From: Lama guanicoe
Taxonomy: Eukaryota
Assembly (NCBI GenBank): GCA_013239625.1
Contig: MU053881.1
Span: 3,474,001 to 3,538,000 of the forward strand
DNA: 64,000 nt
Direction: 5' to 3'
The translations under genes and the position numbers were made by a program. Below the pieces are notes generated by a model. It saw only the letters and a program-made list of their open reading frames with translations, ran no database searches and was not told the origin of the DNA. The first letter of the stretch is position 1. Every line of letters starts with the position of its first letter. This document shows positions 12,835-23,928 of this stretch, piece after piece.

Positions 12835-13240
12835 ACTTAAACAAGTGTGATTTCAACAACAGAAATTTATTCTTACCGTTCTGAAGGGTAGAAGTTCATG
12901 ATCAAGGTCAACAGGGTTGGTTCCTTCTTGGGCTTGGAGGGAGAATCCTGGCTTCTGGTAGCTTGCCAATCACCTTTGACATTTCTTATCCTGTAGATAC
13001 ATGACCCCAATCTCTGCCTTTGTGTTCAGATGACTTTCTCCGTGTGTGTGTGTGTGTGTGTGTGTGTCTTCTTTTTGTGTGTATCTGTTTCCACATTTTC
13101 CCTTTCTGTAAGAACACCATTCATACTGGATTAGGGTCTACCCTAATGACCTCATTTTAACATGATTATCTTTGCAAAGACCTTATCTCTAAATAAGGTC
13201 ACATTCTGAGATACTAGGGATTAATACTCCAACATTTCTT
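12835..13240 (-). mobile_element. MaLR LTR (MLT1B/C/D-like) containing (TG)n at 13042-13067
   Basis: caacagaaatttattct...gatcaagg...ggattagggtctaccctaatgacctcattttaac...aaataaggtcacattctgagatactaggg. Confidence 0.85.
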
Positions 13241-13530
13241 TTAGTCTTCCCTCTGTCCCGTCCACCGCCAAAATCCTCATTTGCAAAATGCATTCCCCAT
13301 CCCAATATTCCCCAAAGTGTTATTTCTGCATCAATTCTAAGCCCCAAATTTCATCTAAATCTCATCTCCTCAAAGTCCCAAATCTTATCTTCTAAATCGT
13401 GGTAATCAGTTACAGGTTAAGAGTTGAAGTAGGATTCACCTGGGTCACAATTCCTCCCCATCTGTGTATTTGTGAAAGCAGACAACAAGTTATATGTTTC
13501 CAAAATATAAGATGGGAGGGACACAGACTT
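13241..13530 (-). mobile_element. MaLR internal sequence adjoining the LTR
   Basis: caaaatgcattcc...ccccaaagt...aaagtcccaaatctt...caattcctccccatctgtg...tgtgaaa...acaagttat...ttccaaaata resembles MLT-int. Confidence 0.7.
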
Positions 13531-16470
13531 TCAATGCGGGAATTTACATTAATCCGGTAAGGAGTAGTATTGTGTTTAACATTTACGATAGCTGCAGGTA
13601 CCAGACACTTTGAATTTCTCTAATGTCCTTTTTTTTTTCCTTCCCCTTTTGGTCTCCCTTGAGGTCTTCTGCACTTTGACAGAGCAGAGCTTCCCTCAGC
13701 CTCTAGGAAACACCAGTCACCCGTTGCTCTGTGCTCCCGCAGCCCTTGTGCAGCCCTGCACCTCTCACAACACAAAACTGGATTCTCCCTCACCTCTCCC
13801 CCACCAGGACCACGAGCTCTGTGAGACAGGAACTGACTGACTCCCTGCTGCATCCCTAGGGCCTCTCAGTCAGATGAAAGTTGAATTCAGACCTCAAGGG
13901 TCTTGTTACCATATTTCCTGGCTTCTTTCTTCTGCTGCTCACTTCTTGGAGGCAAAAATATTGAACTAAAATGGTCCCTCTCTTCATTCCTATTACCAGG
14001 TCATCCTATGGCTATTTTTTTCCCCTCTGAAATGCAGTGCGAAATCCTGCCTCCTGCAAAGCTCAGTCCTCCTGAGCCTCTGCTTTGCTGCCCTGACATG
14101 TATTATTCAAAGATTTCTGAAAACATGTTCTTGTGCTTGTTTTTGCTCCCGTCAACCAAGACAACTGCATTTGTGCTGAGGAACTAAATTTAGTTCCCTC
14201 TGTAGAAGTTTAAGTGCTGTTCAGAGCAACTACACAACTGATTTGAGATGGCAGTTCCAGCCTCATGCGGACTTCGCCAGCACAGCAGTGCGGAAGATGG
14301 AGGTGCCAGCCGATTACTCCCCGACCCCTGTTCAAGTTGCAGTCATCGCTCGTGGGTTTGGTCTTCTGCTAAATAGCGAGCATTTTTTTTTTCCTCTAGG
14401 ACTTGATGCCCAGAGAAAGGATGAGTAGTAGGTAGCACCTCAGTCCTTTAAAGCCCTGATGTGTAAGACAAAGTGCTTTCTTTTCCACAATGCAATTGAA
14501 TTTCTGACTCTAAGGTTCCAATCTGATTGACAGGGAGAAGACCTAACTTTGGACTTTGTTGTGGTTCCCAGCATGTATTAGGGGGTGGGGTGGGGACGGT
14601 GGAGCTGGACCACAGTTCCGGAATTGTATGCAGGGCCAAGAAGGCTTCCGGTGGAAAAGTTGGGGGTGGGATGGGAGACAAGCCATTTGCCCTTATTGCT
14701 ACTTAGGTGATACTTAGTTCCTGACCTTAGGTTGCATGAGGTCTGTGGCTTCTTGCTCTTTGTTTTATGCTTTTACTGGGGATCTTTGACAAGGACCTCT
14801 GTTGTCCCTAATGGCCACTTCTCCAGGGTCTTGCTGCCTCTTTGCAGGGATGGTCTAAGTCGCTCAGATGATGCTCAGATCCCTTGACCGTGATGCACTG
14901 ACTTCTCTATCCTCTCCCAAGCCCAGGGACATCTCTTACTATTTTGAGGTAAAGGAAGCCTTGATGTCACCCCTTGTTTGATCTAGAAGCTCTGTCCATG
15001 CCACAAACATCCTCCCTTTCAGGTCTTCTGCAAAACTCCCTTAGTTCTTTTAAAGGTCCTACCCTTTGAGCACAATAAAAGGCAGTCTCGTAGGCTACTT
15101 CTGCTTTCTGCCCAGAACCTTGCCATCCCTGAAGCAGTAAGTCTGCACACAACTGACCACTTGCCTGAATAAGGGAGGGAAATGGGGTAAATGCAGGAAG
15201 GAAATAATGTAGATTAATATTTCAAAACGGTACCCAGCCAGTCATGTGGCAGGGGGTCCTTGAGGGGCACAGAGACATTTTCTCATCTCAGTCTCGAAAT
15301 GCACTGGATTGATTGCTCCTGCCATGGAACATGCTTTTTTTTTTTTTTCTTTTCTGTTTATACGTTCAGGTGTGATGCCAACCCTTTTGGTTAATGCTCA
15401 GTGATTGTGACATGAAATTCCTGGTGTAAAACAGAGACTTCTGTGACCTGTCAATGTGGTTACCATCCCAGAGTAGAAACATGGGAGAGAGACTGTGAAG
15501 TCCAAGGTTGGACATTAAATGTTGCAGTAAGCCTCTAAAGACTTACTCCAATGGACACTTCATTCAGGTGCGCATGAGAGGCCATGTCTCCTGCTCTCAG
15601 CACAGTCGAGTGTCTTGTCTGCAAGCCCATTGGGCCTGGAAGACTGATGAGATGACAATTCTCAACATAAGATACATAGGGACCTACAGCCTTTACTGGC
15701 TTTGAAGAAGCCAGACAGGCTTCCAGTTGAGAGCTAGAAAGAATGTTTGGAGTTAAAGGAAAGTTGTTGATTTCAAAGAAAAAGAGAGAGAGAGAAGTGT
15801 AACAGAATGTTAAATGGATTTTAAAAAAATTCTTGACTCAGAATTTCAGCTGAAACTCAGAGCTTAGAGAAATGCCTGGGAAATGCCCTGTCTTCTAACG
15901 AGAGATACTAGACAGTCCCACAGTGGCCATAACTCATCTTTTCAGTGACTATAAATAAAAAGGGTTAGAGATTCAGTGGAGAGGAGTTTTTGAATTTAAG
16001 TGAAGAGGACAGCAAAGTAAGATTGGGGAGATCATTGTCCAAAGGGAGCCTAGCACCTCATCTCCAGCTGGGCTGTTGCTCAGATGCAGAAAATTCCTGG
16101 GCCAGATGATTGCATAAGAGAATGCTCAAGGGAAGCTGACCTGCGTCCTCTGAAAAGGGCAGTTCCACGGCCCAGTGCTGGACCCTCACCTGGTTGAGTC
16201 TCAAGGAGGGAGGCTGCAGGATTTTTCTCTCACAGGGAACTAGGAGAGAAGGTGGCAGTAAAGGAATTGGCACGTCTATTCTCTGTTGGAGTGAAGGGTT
16301 GTAAGTTCCCAGGGACCAGGTGGAAACGTCAGCTAGGCAGCTTACAGCCGACTTGAAAAGACCCCTGCCATTAGGGCTGAATCCCAGTGGTGGGATTCCT
16401 AGCCGGAAGAGTGCCTGTGACTCTCTAGGACAAAAGACTACGGACATCTTCGAAAGCCTAGGGGTCACCC

Positions 16471-16484
16471 TGTGTGTGCGCTTA

Positions 16485-16530
<46 letters not shown>
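16471..16530 (+). repeat. (TG)n microsatellite, pure (TG)21 at 16489-16530
   Basis: Directly visible. Confidence 0.98.
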
Positions 16531-16533
<3 letters not shown>

Positions 16534-17539
16534 AAGAGAGAGGACAGAGACATAGACCACGACAGAGAGCATAGGTCCATCATGAGAACTTTGGGGAGCA
16601 CCAGTCGACCAAATAGAACTTCACCCCATTCCTGCTGCTCTTTTTTCCCCCAGTGGTCCTCCTGGACTACTCCCAGAACAGGGAGAGGAAGTTTCAGGTC
16701 TGTCCTGAGAGGTGGAGAGAGTGCTTGTGAGCTGGATGGAAGAGTGAAGCTTAATTTCGATGCAATGGAATGTTAGAATACCAGAAAATTAGACAAATAT
16801 CTGAAATGACTTAAGAAAAAAAAAAAAGGCTGAGAAGGCTACTTGAGGTTTGGGTAGGAGAAAAAAAAAAGATATTTCCTGGTGGCCGTTGGCCAAGTCC
16901 AGCCTATGTAAACATCCAGTTATGGAAGACAATGGTGGGAGAGACACAGAGAGAGATGCGGTTTGGTAGAATGGATGGACAGCCGCTCTGCCTAGGGGCC
17001 CACGACCTGAGCAGGGCTGGGAGCCACATCACCCCCAGCTACAGCATGTGGTCCCACCGCACGGGGCCACTGGGAACTGTAGTCACTGTGACATAATAAG
17101 GAATATACATTCGGTTAGCCTCGTTTTAGGAACAAGTGTCCTGAGAGATGCAGGGGGTCTGGGTTTAGCCCATGTTCAGCAGGTAGGAGGTCGGACCTGA
17201 CACCTACTTGGCTGCCAGCCCACCTGCCTGACACTGTGGGGAAAATTACAATGAAGGCAAGACGCGGTTTTCAGGTCAACCAGCTCTCAGAGAACCTGGA
17301 CACGAGAGGTCTATATCCAACCCTGCCCCTCTCCCCCCATCCACTGGAAGACCTGCTTGTCACACTGTCCCATCTGATCTGCAGCAGGACCTTATGGAGT
17401 GAGCAGAGGTAATAAAGCATATCTTGGGGAGGTTCAAATATTTCCAGAGAAACAGTGCCTGGCTCAGAGAGGGAGGGGTATTTTTTATCTTGGGGATATT
17501 AATTCTTTTTTTTTTTGTATGATCTCATATCTTTTATAC

Positions 17540-18880
17540 TTTAAGCATCATGAAACAAATTACCTATTTATAGGAACGGAATTCTAGCATATGGCTTGCT
17601 TTAGTGATTCCTCCATGCTGATGCAAGTAGTTATAATTCATTCTTTTTTTTCACAGCTGTTTACTATTCCAGCCCATGTCTAAACCATAATTTATCAATT
17701 TCATTTTTGTGGGTGTTTTGCCTCCATTTGTTATTTTGTTTTATTGAAGTATAGTTGATTTACAATGTTGTGTTTGTTGCTGGTGTACAGCAGAGTAATT
17801 CATTTACAGATATATTCTTTTTCATATTCTTTTTTATTATAGGTTATTACAAGGCATTGGATATAGTTCCCTGTGTTGTACAGTAAGTCCTTGCTGTTCA
17901 TCTATTCTATACTATATATAGTAGTTTGCATCTGCTTATCTCAAACTCCCAATTTATCCCTCCTCTCTTTTTCCCTTTAGTAACCATAAGTTTGCTTCTC
18001 ATGTCTGTGAGTCTATTTCTGTTCTGTAAATGAGTTCACTTGTGTCCTTTTTTTAAAGATTCCATATATAACTGATAGTCATGTGATATTTGTCTTTCTC
18101 TGTCTGACTTACTTCATTTAGCATGATCATCTTTAGATCCATCTATGTTGCTGCAAATGGCATCATTTCATTCTTTTTTGTGGCCAAGTAGTATTCCATT
18201 GTGTGTACATGCGTGTGTGTGTGTATATAAATATCTTTTTTTTTTTTACAATTTATTTACTGTTACATGAAATGCTATTATGAACTGGTAAACATGTAAA
18301 AATTTATTGAGAGCATATGTCTAGGATTGAAATTAAAAGGGTTATAAGGTATACGAGTCTTCAAGATGACTCGGCAACTCTAAATCATTCTCCAGAATGG
18401 TTTTCCTAATTTACGCTGTCAATAGCTTCTGACTTCCCCTTGTTATTTCCAGACTTCTTTCTTTTTCAAAAAATTTGCCAAGGTAGAGGCGGTGCTTATA
18501 ACTGGCTCTTTATTCTTGCTGGTTAAGTGTCTTTTCATGTGTTTATGGTTCATTTGTGTTTACTGTTCTGTGAAACGCTTTTCAGATCCTTTGTCTCTTT
18601 TTCCTGTGGGTTGTTCGTCCTTTTCTCATTGGTTCATGAACAGCAGTTCTCAATTTTGATGAAGGTGATGATAATCTGTGTATCTATCCATCCTTATGGC
18701 AGTATAAACTATCTTCGTTGCTATAGCTTTATAGTAGGTCTTGAGATGAAAAAATAATCCTCTAACTGTGTTCTTTAAGATTGTCCGGCTAGTTTAGTTT
18801 CCTTGATTTCCATTAAAAAAAAAAGAATTAGCCTGTCACTTTCTTAAAAACAAACAAACAAACAAAGAAAAATGCCTGCT
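17540..18880 (-). mobile_element. Old L1M fragments flanking the younger L1
   Basis: tccatgctgatgcaagtagttataattcattc (left); tctaggattgaaatt, ttctccagaatggttt, ctatagctttatagtaggtcttga, aaaatgcctgctg (right). Confidence 0.65.
17730..18236 (-). mobile_element. L1 3' end (ORF2 terminus plus 3' UTR) inserted into an older L1
   Basis: ttattgaagtatagttgatttacaatg...ttccctgt...taaccataagttt...gttgctgcaaatggcatcatttcattc...gtagtattccattg. Confidence 0.9.
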
Positions 18881-18933
18881 GACACTCATGAACATTTATC
18901 TCAGAGAAATAAAAATTTATGCTCACGCAAACC

Positions 18934-19138
18934 AGGGTAGGGCTGTCACGCAGACTGAAGTCCTTGCCTTCTCCATTGGTAAGAGCTTCTAGAGATTTAG
19001 AGTCATCCTTCTGTCCCTGGTACAGAGAGGGAGATCACCCTTATAAATGTAAATGTCTCTTACCAAAGGGTAATTTCTACCCAGTTAGAGTTTTTCCTAC
19101 GTCTGTTGCTTCTTAAAAATAATCAGCCTAAAATAATG
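18934..19138 (-). mobile_element. ERV1 LTR fragment (MER34/MER39-like); second copy at 21258-21441
   Basis: Reverse complement reads attattttaggctgattattttt...ctccctctctgtaccagg...gaaggatgactctaaatctctagaa...caatggagaaggc. Confidence 0.7.
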
Positions 19139-19291
19139 AAGCAGTAGTTCATTTCTTCCTGTTGCTGAATAGCATTCCACGGTATGGATTCTCACCATTT
19201 GACTTAAATGTTTACTCATCAAAGGCCGTCTGGGTTGTTTCCAGTCTTTGAAGAAGGCAAATAAAGTTGCTAAGAACACTCATGCTTATGA
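19139..19291 (-). mobile_element. L1MB/MC-type ORF2-end fragment; second copy at 21442-21594
   Basis: ORF 19097-19279 MFLATLF..KDWKQPRRP...IHTVECYSATGRNELL resembles the L1 ORF2 C-terminus (MFIAALF..AK.WKQP.CP...EYYSA.K.NE). Confidence 0.8.
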
Positions 19292-19684
19292 TATAATATA
19301 AAATTAAAACATCAGAGTGGAAATATCAAAACTAAGGTGGCTGGTATCCACGGACGATGACTAGCTTGGCTCCAATCCTGCAAATCTCTGTATCCAGCTG
19401 TGGCTGAATGACCCCGTGACCTAGTCCCATATGGAGCTTTCCAGTCAGATCTGATCGTGCTGAAATCTGAATGCTAGGATGAGGTCTTTAGAGATGGAAG
19501 GGGGAATGAGGCGCCATTTGGTTTAGACCCCTAAGTAGAGTTCCCCTGATTCTGGCGAGGGGTGGTGAGGATCTTTGGAATGGCCTCATGTCTGGTCCTT
19601 CCTGGAGCCTGGTAGACCAGCCTTTTTTTTTTTTTTTCCTTTTATAACCAAAGAGACTTTTCTGATTCCCAGCAGCACGGAATG

Positions 19685-19890
19685 GGCCATGTATTGAATG
19701 TCTACTATGTGTCAGCAATTTACCTATACTACCTAATACACCCTGACAAAACTCTCTGGAATGGGTGTCATTATCCCATTTAATAGATGAGAAAACTGAC
19801 ATTTAGAGATGACAGCTACTCCAAAGTAGCCTCAGTGGGTAAGTCACGGAATTTAAACCCTAGTCTCTAACCCTATGCTTTTTCTACTCA
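19685..19890 (-). mobile_element. MIR; second copy at about 21987-22192
   Basis: gtattgaatgtctactatgtgtcagc...attatcccatttaatagatgagaaaactga. Confidence 0.8.
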
Positions 19891-20554
19891 CACTTGGACC
19901 AGGTACAAAACTGGAGGATTACAATGATGCAAACAAGGAAACAAACATATGCAGATGGAAGGAAAAAAAAAACAAAACAGAAGGGACTAGATTAAAATGT
20001 TAGCCATTCTAACATTAGCATGCTGGGACTGGGAATTTTTCCTTTTCTGCATTTTCCTAATCGCATTTAATGTCCACTGGGAGGAAAATGAGACCACAGC
20101 ATCTCCCAGAAGCATTTCGGGAGTAGGGAGCTTCTCTGCATGCCCACATAGGTCCCTTGGCCTCCGAGGCCGCATACGCAGCCTTTTACCGGCTCTTGGG
20201 GAGAAGATCTTTTCCGTGAGTCACTACATTCCAGAGGCAAAGTGGCTTCTCCTTCCAAAGCCACTGCAATTTAATCACGAATAATTGCTGCTCAGAAAGA
20301 TCGACGTGTTACATCCCTCAGATTCGCTGTCTTGCAAATCAAACAGCTCCGTGAATCATTTAAGAAAGTCAAGATAATAGAAATGCTCTCTGTTTAAAAA
20401 CCCACCTCTCTCCTACGTGCCTTCTGAAGCGACTTTTCGTGGTGTTGATTGATCGTGATGGAAATACTTCTCTCCCCCTATCATTAGGCTTATAGAGCGT
20501 GTTGATAAAGACTCGGGGCACCGAATTCCTCTCCTGGTTAGAATGAAGGAACCA

Positions 20555-20915
20555 GCATCTATCAAGCGCCGGCTTTATGCCCTAAGCGTTTTCAATACAA
20601 TATTTCATTCATAACAAGGAGGGGAGACAGGTGCGAGCACTGCCATTTTCCAGGTGGGGAGACTGAGGTTCAAAGGTGTGAGCAGGCAGCATTGCAGAAG
20701 AGTGCTAACATCAGCCCTGACATCAACCAGATGAGACCTTGAAAGCTTGCTCGGCCCGTGACTGTGACCTCAGGCTGGTCGTTCAACTTCCTACAGTCTC
20801 AGGTCCCTCATATGTAAAGGAGGGACGAACAGAAACGGTATCCTCATCACCAGGGTGAGGATGCTGTGAGGAAGAATTTGCGATGATATTTATTTCATGT
20901 CACCAGCACAGTGGC
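20555..20915. mobile_element. Two MIR fragments (minus then plus); second copy at about 23241-23600
   Basis: ccattttccaggtggggagactgaggttca (minus); ctgtgacctcagg...tctcaggtccctcatatgtaaagg...tgctgtgagga (plus). Confidence 0.7.
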
Positions 20916-21084
20916 ATTTCAAGTGTACTTTTCATAGGGTTCGAACATTTCCCACTAGACTTATCTCTGGAGGTTTTATGTTTCCCTTTGGGATTATGAA
21001 CTGGATCAATTTTTCCTGTGATGTTTTTAATTGATGATTGTTTATCATTTTTTTATGTTAACTTTGTGCACATGGGAATGACTA

Positions 21085-21196
21085 TTAGCTCCATGAAGGG
21101 AGAAACTTTATTATGTTCACTTCTCTGTCCTAAATTCTTAGAAAAGTGCCTGGCATATAGCAGGCATTCATTAAATATTTCTTGAATGAATGGATA
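21085..21196 (+). mobile_element. L2 3' terminus inside an old L1M fragment; second copy at about 23770-23881
   Basis: agctccatgaaggg...agtgcctggcatatagcaggcattcattaaatatttcttgaatgaatg is the canonical L2 end. Confidence 0.85.
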
Positions 21197-21242
21197 CGGC
21201 AAGCTTCCTGAATTCTCTTACTGATTCTTGGTGGGTTTTTTG

Positions 21243-23928
21243 ACGCTCACACAAACCAGGGTAGGGCTGTCACGCAGATTGAAGTCTTTGCCTTCTCCAT
21301 TGGTAAGAGCTTCTAGAGATTTAGAGTCATCCTTCTGTTCTTGGTACAGAGAGGGAGCTCACCCTTATACACGTAAATGTCTCTTACGAAAGGGTAATCT
21401 CTACCCTGTTGCTTCTTAAAAATAATCAGCCTAAAACAATGAAGTGGTGGTTCATTTCTTCCTATTACTGAACAGCATTCCACGGTATGAATTCTCACCA
21501 TTTGACTTAAATGTTTACTCATCAAAGGCCGTCTGGGTTGTTTCCAGTCTTTGAAGAAGGCAAATAAAGTTGCTAAGAACACTCATGCTTATGATATAAT
21601 ATAAAATTAAAACATCAGAGTGGAAATATCAAAACTAAGGTGGCTGGTATCCACGGACGATGACTAGCTTGGCTCCAATCCTGCAAATCTCTGTATCCAG
21701 CTGTGGCTGAATGACCCTGTGACCTAGTCCCATATGGAGCTTTCCAGTCAGATCTGATCGTGCTGAAATCTGAATGCTAGGATGAGGTCTTTAGAGATGG
21801 AAGGGGGAATGAGGCGCCATTTGGTTTAGACCCCTAAGTAGAGTTCCCCTGATTCTGGCGAGGGGTGGTGAGGATCTTTGGAATGGCCTCATGTCTGGTC
21901 CTTCCTGGAGCCTGGTAGACCAGCCTTTTTTTTTTTTTTCCTTTTATAACCAAAGAGACTTTTCTGATTCCCAGCAGCACGGAATGGGCCATGTATTGAA
22001 TGTCTAGTATGTGTCAGCAATTTACCTATACTACCTAATACACCCTGACAAAACTCTCTGGAATGGGTGTCATTATCCCATTTAATAGATGAGAAAACTG
22101 ACATTTAGAGATGACAGCTACTCCAAAGTAGCCTCAGTGGGTAAGTCACGGAATTTAAACCCTAGTCTCTAACCCTATGCTTTTTCTACTCACACTTGGA
22201 CCAGGTACAAAACTGGAGGATTACAATGATGCAAACAAGGAAACAAACATATGCAGATGGAAGGAAAAAAAAAACAAAACAGAAGGGACTAGATTAAAAT
22301 GTTAGCCATTCTAACATTAGCATGCTGGGACTGGGAATTTTTCCTTTTCTGCATTTTCCTAATCGCATTTAATGTCCACTGGGAGGAAAATGAGACCACA
22401 GCATCTCCCAGAAGCATTTCGGGAGTAGGGAGCTTCTCTGCATGCCCACATAGGTCCCTTGGCCTCCGAGGCCGCATACGCAGCCTTTTACCGGCTCTTG
22501 GGGAGAAGATCTTTTCCGTGAGTCACTACATTCCAGAGGCAAAGTGGCTTCTCCTTCCAAAGCCACTGCAATTTAATCACGAATAATTGCTGCTCAGAAA
22601 GATCGACGTGTTACATCCCTCAGATTCGCTGTCTTGCAAATCAAACAGCTCCGTGAATCATTTAAGAAAGTCAAGATAATAGAAATGCTCTCTGTTTAAA
22701 AACACATGCTGGGACTGGGAATTTTTCCTTTTCTTCATTTTCCTAATCGCATTTAATGTCCACTGGGAGGAAAATGAGACCACAGCATCTCCCAGTAGCA
22801 TTTCGGGAGTAGGGAGCTTCTCTGCATGTCCACGTAGGTCCCTTGGCCTCCGAGACTGCATACGCAGCCTTTTACCGGCTCTTGGGGAGGAGATCTTTTC
22901 CGTGAGTCACTCCATTCCAGAGGCAAAGTGGCTTCTCCTTCCAAAGCCACTGCGATTTAATCACGAATAATTGCTGCTCAGAAAGATCGACGTGTTACAT
23001 CCCTCGGATTCGCTGTCTTGCAAATCAAACAGCTCCGTGAATCATTTAAGAAAGTCAAGATAATAGAAATGCTCTCTGTTTAAAAACCCACCTCTCTCCT
23101 ACGTGCCTTCTGAAGCGACTTTTCGTGGTGTTGATTGATCGTGATGGAAATACTTCTCTCCCCCTATCATTAGGCTTATAGAGCGTGTTGATAAAGTCTC
23201 GGGGCACCGAATTCCTCTCCTGGTTAGAATGAAGGAACCAGCATCTATCAAGCGCCGGCTTTATGCCCTAAGCGTTTTCAATACAATATTTCATTCATAA
23301 CAAGGAGGGGAGACAGGTGCGAGCACTGCCATTTTCCAGGTGGGGAGACTGAGGTTCAAAGGTGTGAGCAGGCAGCGTTGCAGAAGAGTGCTAACATCAG
23401 CCCTGACATCAACCAGATGAGACCTTGAAAGCTTGCTCGGCCCGTGACTGTGACCTCAGGCTGGTCGTTCAACTTCCTACAGTCTCAGGTCCCTCATATG
23501 TAAAGGAGGGACGAACAGAATGGTACCCTCATCACCAGGGTGAGGATGCTGTGAGGAAGAATTTGCGATGATATTTATTTCATGTCACCAGCACAGTGGC
23601 ATTTCAAGTGTACTTTTCATAGGGTTCGAACATTTCCCACTAGACTTATCTCTGGAGGTTTTATGTTTCCTTTTGGGATTATGAACTGGATCAATTTTTC
23701 CTGTGATGTTTTTAATTGATGATTGTTTATCATTTTTTTATGTTAACTTTGTGCACATGGGAATGACTATTAGCTCCATGAAGGGAGAAACTTTATTATG
23801 TTCACTTCTCTGTCCTAAATTCTTAGAAAAGTGCCTGGCATATAGCAGGCATTCATTAAATATTTCTTGAATGGATGGATACGGCAAGCTTCCTGAATTC
23901 TCTTACTGATTCTTGGTGGGTTTTTTTG
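21243..23928 (+). repeat. Tandem segmental duplication, copy B (2686 bp), with a 21-bp deletion and an extra 384-bp unit
   Basis: Starts acgctcacacaaaccagggtagg (A: atgctcacgcaaaccagggtagg) and ends ggtgggtttttttg; offsets step 2324, 2303, 2302, 2686. Confidence 0.98.
22321..23088 (+). repeat. Nested 384-bp tandem duplication (22321-22704 and 22705-23088; third copy 20019-20402)
   Basis: catgctgggactgggaattt starts at 20019, 22321 and 22705; junction reads tgtttaaaaac-a-catgctggg. Confidence 0.98.

Larger units (their letters stand above)
18919..21242 (+). repeat. Tandem segmental duplication, copy A (2324 bp)
   Basis: Aligns end to end with 21243-23928; identical ORF translations recur at an offset of 2302. 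Confidence 0.98.

Noticed and set aside
14380..14440. Polypyrimidine-AG splice acceptor-like sites (also near 16653, 23931, 42170)
   Set aside because: No convincing donor or reading frame; such motifs arise by chance in T-rich DNA. A lncRNA exon cannot be excluded without RNA data.
19987..22950. Identical ORFs recurring two or three times, suggesting a small gene family
   Set aside because: Explained by the DNA duplication; overlapping short ORFs on both strands with no domain.
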